NCBI GenBank assembly: GCA_030704615.1
Contig: CM060731.1
Coordinates: forward strand, 55,366,001 to 55,430,000
Source of the DNA: Takakia lepidozioides
Taxonomy: Eukaryota; Plantae; Bryophyta
Direction of reading: 5' to 3'
DNA: 64,000 bases
Positions 37,101-49,075 of the stretch are shown here, in pieces (positions within the stretch are counted from its first letter, which is position 1; each line of letters opens with the position of its first letter). Made by a program: the position numbers and the translations under genes. The notes beneath the pieces are model-generated. The model saw only the letters and a list, made by a program, of their open reading frames with translations, was not told where the DNA came from and did not search any database.

Positions 37101-37916
37101 TATGGGGACATTCAATTCATTCTCGGCTATATCGCAGCAGGCACAGACTTCCAATGGGTTTATATCAACAAGGATGGAAAGACGGCAGCTCGAATCAAGC
37201 CATGTCTTAATGTCACGAAGCTTTATGACCGCCTCTTGTTGTTAGTCAGCCTTGGCAATGCCTATGAGATCATGAAGAAGATGGTGGAGTCAATCCCGGA
37301 AGTGCCAGGCCGGCGGGCAATGTTTTCTGAAGAAGCATGTGGGGGATAGGACGATATACTTTCAGCCGAGCAGTGTTCGGAAGGTAATAAGGAACTTCCC
37401 AAGGTATTGTATTGAGAAATGGACCACTTTTGAACTGATTCGGCAGGCCTACAATGTTGCACGAGGGGTCCCTTCTCTTCCGCAGGTAATTTCAGAGCCT
37501 GAAATGGATCGTAGAGGTACTTATAATATTGAGATCAGTCCGCTGGGCTACTCCCCGATGTTGAGGTCGGAGAACGATATGAAGCTGTTGGCTCGGGACG
37601 TGTTAAAGGCTTTGTCTGTCCTGCATGCGGTAAACCTCGTCCATAGGGATATCCGGTTGCCCAATATTGTGCAGGTTTCAGCGGAGGGGTTCATGCTCAT
37701 AGACCTTGAAACGGTAGCTGAATCTCCATTCAAATTGCCAGAAGGATGTCAGCATTTTGCTGATTGGAGCAAGGCCATGTTGGAGGATGGCCACTTCACT
37801 ACCCAGTCAGATTTGTATCAGCTGCTCAGAGGTTTATTAGCAGTCTTAAGTCTAAGCAGTGGACTGCGGAGGAGGCATTGAAAGATGCTTGGTTATCTCC
37901 TGTACAAATTACATGA
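34108..37916 (+). pseudogene. Crinkler-like REase + kinase gene (copy 2) with a different header exon
   Basis: Header exon 34108-34339 (phase 1, GCAG|GTGCAA). Exon 2 from 36563 is nearly identical to copy 1 but has frameshifts (~36855, ~37345) and a deletion near 37825. Confidence 0.7.
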
Positions 37917-38880
37917 AACTGTAGAGGCTGACTCTATTGGCTACACCTGAAGTTATTTGGTAAAATGCGGGAGGCTAAAAGAAAGCCTTTCTTATACAGG
38001 GAGAGTCCCTTGATCTGGCAGCTCGCTGGTCATCTGGTCATCTGGTAGCTCGCTGATTATCTCATTTCCCCCCTGAATTTTGTATTGTAAGTCCTAGTAG
38101 TCGATAAATACTTTGATAAATTTAGCCAAGCCCTCGGGAGTTGTCAATTTGCAACAACATCCAACTTTTGAAAAGTGGTGGTGAAGCTGTATATATTTTA
38201 AAACTTTTGATCCAGACAAAATTGGTGTAGAGAGATTTTGGGTTTTCTTGTCGCATCACCAACAGTGAAGATGGCAAGAGAGAGCGTGCACAGCTGAAAT
38301 CCATGTTGGGACAGTTTTCTGGTTTTCCTTGGTCCCGTTTTAATGGAGACAAAACCGGCCAGCTTTCTGACAAGGGGGCGATCGAGGCACTCTACAAAGG
38401 CGCACTCTGATTGAGTCCGTTGAGTATTGCTACAAAGAACTGAGCTCTATGATCCGCGATGGTCTTGTATATGTAGGATTTTATTTCTGGTAATTGCGTA
38501 CACTGATACATTCGTAGTTGGTAAACTGTACGGTGATAGTTCAGTACATGTAAGAGATATACACAAAGATCTTTAACCCTTGAGTGCCCTGAGCTGTTTT
38601 GGAGAAACAGAAGTTTCTCAGAGCCACTTTGGGTAGAGTCACTTTAGGTTGAGCAGTTTCTGTGGAAAAATTGACTATTATTAGGATCAAACTAACCAAG
38701 AAGCTAGCATTGACTACGTATTGTATGTTCGTAACATATTCCCCTTTCCCTGTTTCAGTCAACTGTACACAACTAGGATGTCACTGGCTACTTTCTGACT
38801 ACCAAGCGCCTACTTGGAGTCGTCATATTTAGAGTAGAATATCATCTCCGCCAACTCCTGCAGACATGAACAAGAGAATT
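36217..38880. repeat. Right arm of inverted duplication (partner 14749-17429)
   Basis: Reverse-complement identity. Confidence 0.93.
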
Positions 38881-39078
38881 GTATTTGTTTGCCAGAAACT
38901 ATGGGTGGCTCTCCTGCTTCCAGTGCATGCTTTTCCAGCTCCTCAAACCCGACTTTCCCATCCTGCAAAACAAACCAGATCAAGAATATGAGAAAATGTT
39001 TATCACGATCGCCCTTACAGCCCTTGCGTATAGGAGGCCTTCTGCTTCATGTTATGTGCAGTTGCACCATCTTGTGGT

Positions 39079-39291
39079 TTGGCTAAGCGTGAGCGTGTTC
39101 GAAAGTTTTTGGAGACAAAGCTACCATCGGAGGAGTTTGAGGAAATTAGCGACCAAGATTTGGATATACTTGTGAACAATGGACTTACATCTTCAAGTGT
39201 ACTTGCACTTGCAGCTGCTGACAGAGGTTCTTTGCCTCGATGTTCTTCTTGGCCGACGTGGTGTGGTGCTATCGCTCATCACAACATTTAG
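39079..39291 (+). pseudogene. Orphan header-like exon (SAM-like helical) followed by the shared intron
   Basis: KRERVRKFLETKLPSEEFEEISDQDLDILVNNGLTSSSVLALA; downstream 39520-41686 matches the NTPase-gene intron 24070-26130. Confidence 0.45.
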
Positions 39292-41686
39292 TGAGCCCCA
39301 GCGTTCTGTAGGATATATAAACCCTAAACCCTAAACTTCCTTGTGGTGGTCTGAGTTTCTCAGGGCACTGCGGCCTGAGTTTGCTGATAGCGAGGTTCAA
39401 GTACTTAGAGTTTGTCGTCACCAGATCATTTGCTCCTTTTGAAGAGGAAATGATGATATTAGTTATGACTTCAGAATCCTTGGTTGATTATGATCTCAAA
39501 TGCCAATGAGCCGCACATTATTTGTATGTGGAATTCTGGTTGCCGACACATTCGTTTTGGAGTAAGGGTTTTCACAAGGATTATATGCATTGCACTGCTT
39601 CTTAGAAATGTCAGGCCGTGAACCTTTGTGGGCACTTTTCGTGCGAGGTCAGAGGGCAAGCCCTTCTGAATCTATTGAAGCGCAGTGGTCGGTCAGATTG
39701 CGGCAGATGATGGCAGGTTTAAAGTGTTGTGTGGCGTGAAACCCTAACTCTAAACCATCATTTTGGTAGTTCACTTGTGAGTGATTGCCGTCCTTGCATC
39801 CACTTCTATATTTATTGTGAGGGAGATGGAGCCTTCCTTTGTGTCTCTGGAGCTCTCTTGGATTTTTCGCATCCATAACCATAACCGTAACAGTTTTGGA
39901 CGGGCTCAATGGCATCCCAAGAGTATGTACAGGGTTCGGGTTTCAAATCTTCATCTGATTTTTGTTACGTCTCTTGCTTCTTGGTTGAACGGTGTTGTGG
40001 CTGTCTTCGCAGCCTACTTTCTGTGTGGGATTGTTGGTTATGGAAACCATGGTTGATGGTTTAGGGTGTCAGATAGTGCGTCAAGGAGGGAGTCTGGTGA
40101 GTGTAAGTTTGTAGGGTTTGCTACCAATGTGTGAAGAATGAGTTTATGTTCTCTCTTCAGTACTTTGATGCATGTGACCTGCGAATCAGTAGCGTTGTTC
40201 AAACCTTTACGATTTCTTGAGTACCATCTTCAGAGGATAGAAAGCTCTAGCCGAAATTGTGCGCATGTTTTGAGCTGTTAATTGGTCGATGACATAATGT
40301 GGTTGTTGGTGACCTATGTGAGTTAACCAAAACCGTCTTGGCTGCAGAACCTTCTGTGACAGTATTCACCCATTAGCTAGGGTGTCAGATAGTGCGTCAT
40401 GGAGAGAGTCTGGTGAATGTCGATGGGTTGCCTAGTGTAGTCTGAGCCCGTTTGTTTTTTTGTCTGCAATTCTGATGATGGGCAGGCACATTTGAATTCT
40501 TGCAAGACAATTGGGCAGTTGATTGTTGAACCCGCTGCAGTTGCTGATTTGTTCAATGCGTAGCTTGGAGTCAAGTGTTTGCAATTTTTATGGTTTCTTG
40601 GCTGCGTTGTGCACTCAGGGTTTCATCAGCTTCTCCCAATCCCGTGTGTGATCCTATGTACGGTTGATACACGCAGTTTATTCATTCGATAGATCCACGT
40701 TAACAAGTAAAATATGAGGAGGGTCCTTTGAAAGACACGGTTGTTTGTTATTTATATGTGGAATTCTGGTTGTGCACTACATGATAGATGCGACTCAACA
40801 ACATGGGTTGGTCACATACGTCTGTTGTGGGGATATTTCTCAAAGCTTTTGTAGCACCTACAGCAGGTAGCAGGGTTTTGCTTTTCTTCCTGCTTTTGTT
40901 GCTTTTCTTTGTTTTTCTGATTGAGTTCGAGTAGTTTAGGCAGTCAATGAACACAAGGTCTAAGTGTTCTCCGTTCTTGTCTTCTTTTCTCTTCGTTGTG
41001 TTACGTTTTCCCAGTCTATATACATTGTCTTTCACTGGCAAATATCTGGATATTTGCTTTTCTTTGTTTTCCGGAGCTGTTAGGGTTTCGTGCTAAAATG
41101 TGTTTTGCTAGCTCTTTGAATGTCCAAGTTTTCCAGACTTAAAGGACTATTATTTTCTTAAGGTCGGTCAGATTGCGGCAGATGAGGGCAGGTTTAAAGT
41201 GTTTTGCATTCTTGTCTTCTATTCTCTTCGGTGTGTTACGTTTTCCCAGTCTATATACATTGTCTATCACTGTTGTGGTTCTTGCCAAGATCTAGGTAGG
41301 GTACATGTAGGGTTGTGCAATTGTTGGTCTTATGATGATAGGCTGTAAGGCCAACTAGAATCTTTTGTCAATATGACCATGGTGGGTTAAGTTTATGTCA
41401 CTGTACAACTTCTCCCAGTAAAGCCTCTTCTGATCCCTTACAAGCTGATTGACCTCTTTACGCAATTGGTAGTATCTAGAGCAGAGCGTTTTTTCATCTT
41501 TGATATTACATCAGTCCTTTTAGAGCGCCTGCCTCTCAGCAATCTTGAGCTTGATCTCATGGGTCCACCAATTTACTGGCCTACCACAAATAATTAGTTT
41601 CCTTCCATGACTCTATCAGCAGCAGAAGTGGCAAAGCTCTCCCAAGAATCTACAGCACCTTCTACCTCCCTCCCTTGTATCACCAT

Positions 41687-43611
41687 GGGGAGGTTTACTA
41701 TTTCATGAGCAGAAACCATGAGCCATGAGCCATGAGCCGCATGAGCCGCATGAGCGGTGAGCCGAAGTCTAAGACACGCGGATTTCATGAGCGGACTCCT
41801 CCAAATTTGGAAATGCGGCAGATTAAACAAGTATTAAAATAATAGTTTTATATTTGACCTTGCCGTTTTTGGAAGTTACAGATCCTGTAATGCGGCGAAG
41901 ATATGTCGTCAGTAACAACTCCGCTCATGGTTTTTTAGATCCGCTCATGGAAATGAGTGACCGTGCAACGAGAAATCCAGTATACCACGGCAAAAGGACG
42001 TCGCATACTGGCCTGTATAAAGTATTCCGCGGTTTTACATGCCTTAACATTGGAATGAAGCTGACCCTTTTGCCACAACTGAACCAATAGAGTCTGCACA
42101 ATTATTTCATCTTCAAGTATTCGGCGGGAAAGTTTTGCAAGTGAACTAGGAAATGCAGTGCCGCATTAGGGTTCGCACGTGCGAAATTTCTGGGCGGTTT
42201 GGTGTTGCTGACTACCGCATCTACCAGTACCTACGACGTTACTTGGAAATGCGGCGCCGCATTTCCTTGCCGGGGGTCGAATGAGGAAAGCAAAGTTTGG
42301 GAGAGCAGAAAAACGGGAACCCTCCAACACACAAAAATACATGCACGTGGAAACACGAGTGAATGACATAGTATTATCGACGTTCGAGCAAAACAGGTTA
42401 CTGGTAGGCAAGACATAAGTCGGACCTTTCTGTGGCCAGAGTCAGAGCTACTTGCAGCAGTACAGTTCTACTATCCAAAAAGGATGGGCGTACCATTGTG
42501 TTGGGACCGCAAGCCAAGGTCACTGGTCCCCTGGATCCATATTCAGAAGAGTGTGCACCTCTTGGGGGCTCAACCCTGGTGCATGTATGAAGTGATGAGT
42601 TGTGGAATTACACCGGAGTCTCTTTAGGTACACGTAGTACAGATGCTTGCAAGGGCAGTATGATGCCCCCTTGTTCGCCATGATCTAAAAGTCGGTGCAA
42701 TTCTGAAATGGTGATGGTGTACACCTCATTGCGAACAGCTGAGCCTGCCGTGGCCATCTGATACACACGCCCGAAGCCTGGTGGGGGCACTTCTGTCGAG
42801 CTCTGGATTGTACAGTTCATCCGAAGTGCATTCCCCATCCTTGTCTCGTTCACTTTTGAGGGAGGTCGCCGCCTCTTCGGTTTCCCCCAACGGTGTGTAG
42901 GATGCTTAGAGCTGTCGGGTCCCATTGTTCTTGCTCTCACAGGGGTCGGTGGTGGAGGCTGTGGAAGCGGAAATGGTTGTCTGGGGACGTCAGTGCGCTG
43001 CACCATCCGAAATCCTGCTGCGGTAAGGGCGTCGGCTTCAACCTGACTTAGATCGCAGCCTGGTTCCACCGGCCACACCGGGGGAGCCTCTGGCATTGTT
43101 TGTATGCCGTACTTGGGCTTTCCATACACGCATGCAAGTCATAATGTCGTGCCTGCAGAACCAGAACTGGGTGGTTGTCGCCTCCGCAAACTTTGCATGG
43201 ACAAATCTTCCTGTAAAAGTAGGAGCAGGGACAGCACCATCTGGATTCCTCTTTATCATCTCTAAACAACGTTGCCGTGTATCCACTCGAATTGCGGAAC
43301 ACCTGCCTCGAAACGACGGCTTTGTGCGAGCAATTCTCCACTGTGACGCAGACACAGTCGTCTCCACAATGGCTTGGCCATACTGCATAACAGGGGGCAG
43401 AATCTGGGGCAAGCGGGCGGTGGGAATTTCTCGCACGGAATCCCCGCTTGAAGGCGATGGCGATCTGGAATTTCTTGGGCTTCCACTGCTGGAAGACACA
43501 TTGTGCGGCAACATGACGGGCCCTCGAGGTGCTGTCCGAATGTTCCTGTCGGATCTCCAGGAATCCTCTTCGCACCCGGGTTCCTCTTCAATCCTGCGCC
43601 TCACAGGGCGA
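41687..43611 (-). mobile_element. Element 3: terminus and 3' part of a MULE, interrupted by element 2
   Basis: The LINE remnant breaks at TCACCATGGG (continuous at 26121). Terminus GGGGAGGTTTACTATTTCATGAGC with (CATGAGC)n; palindrome at 42245-42266; transposase 3' half. Confidence 0.75.
42560..43611 (-). pseudogene. Transposase C-terminal half (paralog of 23-1110), frameshifted, SWIM partly deleted
   Basis: SQWRIART...CSAIRVDTR...TQFWFCRHDIMTC...YGKPKYG...GFGRVYQMATAGSAVRNEVYTITI. Confidence 0.85.
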
Positions 43612-44091
43612 GGGGGGCTGCTATTTCATGAGCCATGAGCCATGAGCGGCATGAGCCATGAGTGGCATGAGCCATGAGCAGAGTCGTAAGTGTGGAAAAA
43701 AACATGAGCAGCACTATTTTCCGGAAATGAGTGTCCGCGGGAATAGGGTTTAGGGTGCCACGGTCATAGGGGGAGAAGGACCTCCCGATGAAGGAGGTTC
43801 GGCAATGTTATTTAGAATTATATATTGAAAGGCAATGTTTCGCGAATGGAAGGGTGGTACTGCTGTGTACAATGGGGGCCCATTTCAGCCAACCAGCCAC
43901 TTGCAAAATCCACCCACACTCCCAATCCCAAACAAAATGAGCAATGACGCATTCTCGGAACGATGGACACAGAATAGAATAAAAAGAGGGCACAATGAGG
44001 TTTTTATTGATCCACATGAATTGCATTTGCAGCACGTCTACTGTGCTGATTGTGTAATCAAATCTTTAGCCCTGTGCCTACTGAATACAAG

Positions 44092-44928
44092 TCACGTTGT
44101 CAATGGGACTTCGACTGCTCTCAAAACTAGCTCATGAGTCATGGGGCTCCTCCAGGTAAAGTCGATTGCAGCCGTTGTACCGCCCCTAGTGATGTTCACC
44201 ACAATGTCCTGCCCTTCAATCATACCACCATCGAATATGGAAATCTTCACGTTTTCGTCGTCCACACCAATGCGAATGTCCCCATACAATGGAGAAGAGG
44301 AGTGCAGTCCTTCAGGAGAATAGGTCTCTCCGATGGACTCCACCCACGTCCAGTGGCAGCAGTTCCACCGCAACAGCATAGCAGTGCGCCTTCTTCTGCA
44401 TGGGTGACCGTTGTAGCTGGGAAAATTGGAATCGAGGATGCGCAGGAGCCACAGACTCCTCAGACCAAGATCGTCACCCCGCTCGAAGGCGTAGTGGCCT
44501 AGGATATACTCAAAAGCCACCAATGTTTCCACAATCGAACCAGTATCTTCTCTGTAATCTGTGTACCAGATAACAATGTCTCTCGATGTGGCCGAATACA
44601 TTGCATAATCGATGCCTCCAAATGGGCAGTCGTCCCGGTTCCGGAAGCACGGCATCCTTACAAATGAGGACCTGAGGATGACTTGGATGCCGATGATAAT
44701 GACCTTGCGGACAGCTATGAAGCCCTTAGATTTTGGAAATGATGCGAAGCGGAAGAGCAGTCCGGCCTCCAATAATGGAGCATCTGGGTCCCACGTACCC
44801 ACCGACGGAGGTGGAACGTGTTCATCACGCCAGCGGTGGATGAACCCAGACATCTTTCTCATCAACAAGTTATAGTTTGAGATCTGCCACCGAAGTCCAT
44901 CCCCCCGGATGGAAATTCGGCGCCGCAT
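44092..44928 (-). CDS. Hypothetical cargo protein, paralog A
   Basis: Open ORF of 278 aa (start uncertain); collinear with 45089-45789 (RMPC-RN--DCP--G-DYAM, Y-FERG, YGDIR, DGG-I-G-DIVV, ELVLR--EVP). Confidence 0.6.
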   Translation of the reverse strand: MRRRISIRGDGLRWQISNYNLLMRKMSGFIHRWRDEHVPPPSVGTWDPDAPLLEAGLLFRFASFPKSKGFIAVRKVIIIGIQVILRSSFVRMPCFRNRDDCPFGGIDYAMYSATSRDIVIWYTDYREDTGSIVETLVAFEYILGHYAFERGDDLGLRSLWLLRILDSNFPSYNGHPCRRRRTAMLLRWNCCHWTWVESIGETYSPEGLHSSSPLYGDIRIGVDDENVKISIFDGGMIEGQDIVVNITRGGTTAAIDFTWRSPMTHELVLRAVEVPLTT

Positions 44929-45088
44929 TTACATCGAAGAGGGGATGGACTTCGTCGTGTCCAGTGGCTATCGGCCCACCTGGCAGTGACTGCCCATAGT
45001 TTGCATGGCAGGGTAGGAAACTGAAACGGCTACATTCATGGAGCAGCCAATCTTCATCGGTCCAGGATCCTGTAGGGGGGGAATTTAA

Positions 45089-45789
45089 ATGTGCCCTGGA
45101 GTGTTTGTGAGGAATTGCAGCGTTAGCTTGAACTTTTTCCAGCCACCGCGCTGCTCCTCCTCCATCCGGGAGCTGCTGTCATTGAGCGTACTCCGCTACT
45201 CTTTTTCAAGGATGCCGTGCCGCCGAAATCCAGCCGACTGCCCTTATCATGGCCACGATTATGCTATGTTCAAACCAGAATCAGGAGACATCATTGTCTG
45301 GCTCTCTGTTTTCACAGACGCTGCTGGAATCAAGCAAGAGTCTTTGCGCGCAATGGAGTATATGGAGGGCTATTACCGCTTTGAGCGAGGTGAGGGCGAG
45401 GGTCAATGCGGTCCGTGGGTCTTGAAAATTGTTGACCTCGATATACCAAGCTGGAAAGGGATGCCGGACAGATCACGCACGGCCTCGCTTGGCGCTAGAA
45501 CTGCTGCCAGTGGACCAGGGAGGACGGCACCGGGGAAAACTATATACGTGCAGATCACTCCGCTCTTCCAATGTATGGAGACATTCGGCTGAGTTGCGAA
45601 GACGAATCGCACGGGCACATGAGGCCCACAGTGACCTTGTCAATGTATGATGGTGGTATCATTGATGGACATGACATTGTCGTCGGCTCCAGCAAGGGCA
45701 GCAGAACGACCGAATTGCAGTTTACCTCGAGGTGCCGCAGCAGTAATGAGCTTGTTTTGAGGGGTATCGAAGTTCCGTCGACTTGGTGA
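45089..45789 (+). pseudogene. Hypothetical cargo protein, paralog B (one frameshift near 45495)
   Basis: ORFs 45089-45592 and 45571-45789 together align to paralog A. Confidence 0.6.
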
Positions 45790-46039
45790 AGCCCATGTAG
45801 AAGGAGGAAGGGCTTAGTTTTGTCTGCAGTTGGTAAATGTGAGACATCGTGTCCGATCAATAAACCCATCGTACCTCACTTCTGTATGATTGTGTTTCAT
45901 TCTGTTGAATAACTGTCGGAATTGGCCCACTGTTTACAATTTGATGTCTCATTTCTACAATTTGTCTGTCCGGATGAATATACCAGAGTAACCGGTATGA
46001 GAGTCATGTGTCAAGAATATACCAGAGTAACGCCATGTC

Positions 46040-46730
46040 GGACATTGGAATGCGGTGCCGCATTTCAATGCCGACATGGAAATGTATGACCCGCATTTCA
46101 GTGTCAGATAATGGAATGCGGTGCATCATTTCCGTCCAGGTACACGAAATACCAACACGGGTCTATAAATTGGACAGACAACGAGGTTGGCATTGCAAAT
46201 GCGGCGACGCATTTCCAGCTTGGCAATGGAAACTTCTTTTTGGACAAGGGAATGCGGTGCCGCATTTCCGTCCAACACTTCGAAAAGTGTGACATTTCCG
46301 ACCAACGCGATGGAATGCGTTACCGCATTTCCGTGAGAGGGTCTGCAAATGGACAAATTGCGATGTTCGTTCTGGAAATGCGGCACCGCATTTCCATGTC
46401 TGTCATCGACTTTTTTTTGACAATGGAATGCAGTGCCAATTTTTGCTGATGGGCCTACAGTTCGAACAACGACCATCCCCAATATGGAAATGCGGCACCG
46501 CATTTCCAATTCCGCCATCTCGACCTCCTTGTTCGACCTCCTTGTTCGACCTCTGTAAGCGTGTTGGCATCCATGCAATGAGCGGGAGAGGCCAAAACTG
46601 GCGTGTGGACAAAGGAAATTTTGGATATGCGGCACCGCATTTCCAATCGGCCGATTACTTTTTACTATGCCAACATTGAAATGGAAAATTTAGTCCCTCC
46701 CCTGTTTTGGAAATGCGGTGCCGCATTTCC
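46040..46730. repeat. Irregular cluster of GGAAATGCGGYRCCGCATTTCC palindromes
   Basis: About 10 degenerate copies. Confidence 0.85.
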
Positions 46731-49075
46731 AAAAGAGGTTTTGTAGTGTGAAAAGAAGGGGCGTGAATCCCCTTCTGTATAATTCTAATTGTGCTTCCCT
46801 CCATTCTAAGCGGAGCAAAAGAAAGAAACGTTCTTCTAATTTGTCCAACTGTCGTCACTTGGCTGTGGGTTTCCCTCAGGTCCTTCGTGATCAGAGTTCA
46901 AGCAATCCTCATCCACGCCGCAGCGGAAGAGAAGACATGGATGGGGAGTCAAATTGTTGTTCACTCTTGGTTCTACCTTTTACACAACATCCTCTACCTG
47001 CAAGTACAGCACCAACTATGCTGCCACGATGTATTCAGTGATGCAATCAGCCCTATGTCAGTGATAAACACTGCCCTTGTGGGCAGTTCCCTTGGTCAGC
47101 AACACGTCGGAAGCCCCTTTTTGTAATGAGATCACGGTCTAGGTGGGTGGGCAGCTCAGATCTACCATGAACTGCAGGCCCACTAGTTTGATCATTCAGG
47201 GTTCATGTCTTCTTGACCTTGCCTCTCCATTTGTCCATCCCTCATCAACCCTTTCTCCCTTTTCACTTTTTCTTTCTCTCACACTCTTTTTCCTTCGTGT
47301 GTGGATTCCTCACTTTTTCCACAACAGCATGGCTATGATGCAATGCAATGCACATCCAGCCAGGCATCGAGTGCATCCATCATTGAAGTCAACCTTGGTT
47401 ACACAAGACATGATCTGCCCCTCTGTCAGTCTTTCTCTCTTTCTCTCTCTCCAGTGACTGGTCCTTGCACTATCTTTCCCCAAGTGGATCCTATTTGGCC
47501 AAGGTGCTTCACAACCCTTCTACAGATCTCAAATCACACACCCTGACAGCTCTCTTTTTCTCCTCAACTGCAAACATCAGTCATTCACATGTTGAGAACA
47601 CTTCTAGAAATCAGATCCAAACCCCAAAACAGTATTGACTTTTCTTCCCCATCCACGTCATCCCTTCTCAGTTCTTCAAATCCGTTTCTGACTGACCATC
47701 CCTGTTTTCCTCTATCCACCAAGCTAGTTCTACATTGGCTCCACTGTTTTAACATCCAGGGCTGCCTTGTTTTGCTGGCTGAAGACACTGAAAATAAAGA
47801 AAAGGAACACAACAACAGCAACCATTCTGACCCTGAGGTGAGATATCCTTGTCCCCTCTCATTGTCGTAATGACAGTGTAACAACAGGTGCATCCATCTC
47901 CACCCTATCCTGGTTTGAATTCCAGTGTCTTCATTCCATTTTCAAAGGCCTTTTCTACTCCTCACATTTCTGTCCCCTTCAGCAGATACAAGAGACAGTT
48001 CCAAAAACTTCACAAAGTCATTCCTAAGTGCCCAAAAAGAGAAGCCAACACGCTTAGAACTTATCTGTCTTATACTCGTGTGAAGCGGTGGTTCTGCCTG
48101 CCAAGCTGGCACCTCACCATCGCTGTCATCAGCCATATTCAACGCTTCTCCTCATCTTGATTCCAGTTCTCATCATGTCATGACGGCTTGCTTCATCAGC
48201 TGGCAACATCCTTGTGCTTGCCAACCTCTACCCTATCCTTCTACATGTGTACTTCTGCCCTAAGGATTGATGTGCTCCTACAACTCTAAGACAGAAGGCA
48301 ACTACAAGTCTTAATTACAGATAACCTGAGTCGCATCCACACCAGCCTGCACTTCTCATTCCCCAACAGCTGTTGTTGCGCTCCATCTCCTCATAACTGT
48401 ACTCTTCAAGACAATGGCGGCAGCGGTAGTGCACCGCTCTTAGCACCTGCTCAGTTTTCAAAATTGATTATTACCACGCAGAAAGAGGCACCGCTTCTCT
48501 TTGCACAAAATGCCAAGCAGATCCCTTAACGTCGCGCTTTAAGGCAAGCTGATTCACATGGCGCAGGTGTAAGTTCCCAAGCCAGCCTGCCTGACAACAC
48601 TACGGCAGCAGCTGTGAAGAGTTGCCCGTCGTCTTCCTCCTCGTTTTCCTCAGCTCGAGTTTCTAGGTTAAACATACGCGACGAAAATAATTCATTCCAA
48701 GGATGAAAAATGCGCATGTTATGACTTAGCCATATTTTGTCCTGGCAGAGCAAGAGCATAGTGTTCCCATGGAATTACCTGTAGGCCTGGGTAATTCCCT
48801 CCCGACATTAGTACCAGGCACTCCCTTTTTCACCAATGCCGTAATTTGATGCCCAACAAAAATTTCAATGTTACTCCCCTGCATTCACACTACAGTTTCT
48901 AGAGTTGCCAAAATTTTGGAAATGCGGTGCCCCATTTCTGATTTTGGGAGCGTCGTGGTTTGGGCGATTGTGTGGCTGGAATGCACACTGGAGAGGGGTC
49001 ACGAATGTCGGGGAGAATTTCCTTTATATACTCTGGAAGAGAATTTACATTTACAGAGACTTCATTAAAATTCTA

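Noticed and set aside
14749-38880. Single giant TIR transposon
   Set aside because: No TSD, no transposase inside, and the interrupted gene does not resume on the other side.
46800-48500. Possible decayed captured host gene (F-box-associated-like words such as SSCHDGLL)
   Set aside because: Too many stops and too little similarity to support a call by eye.
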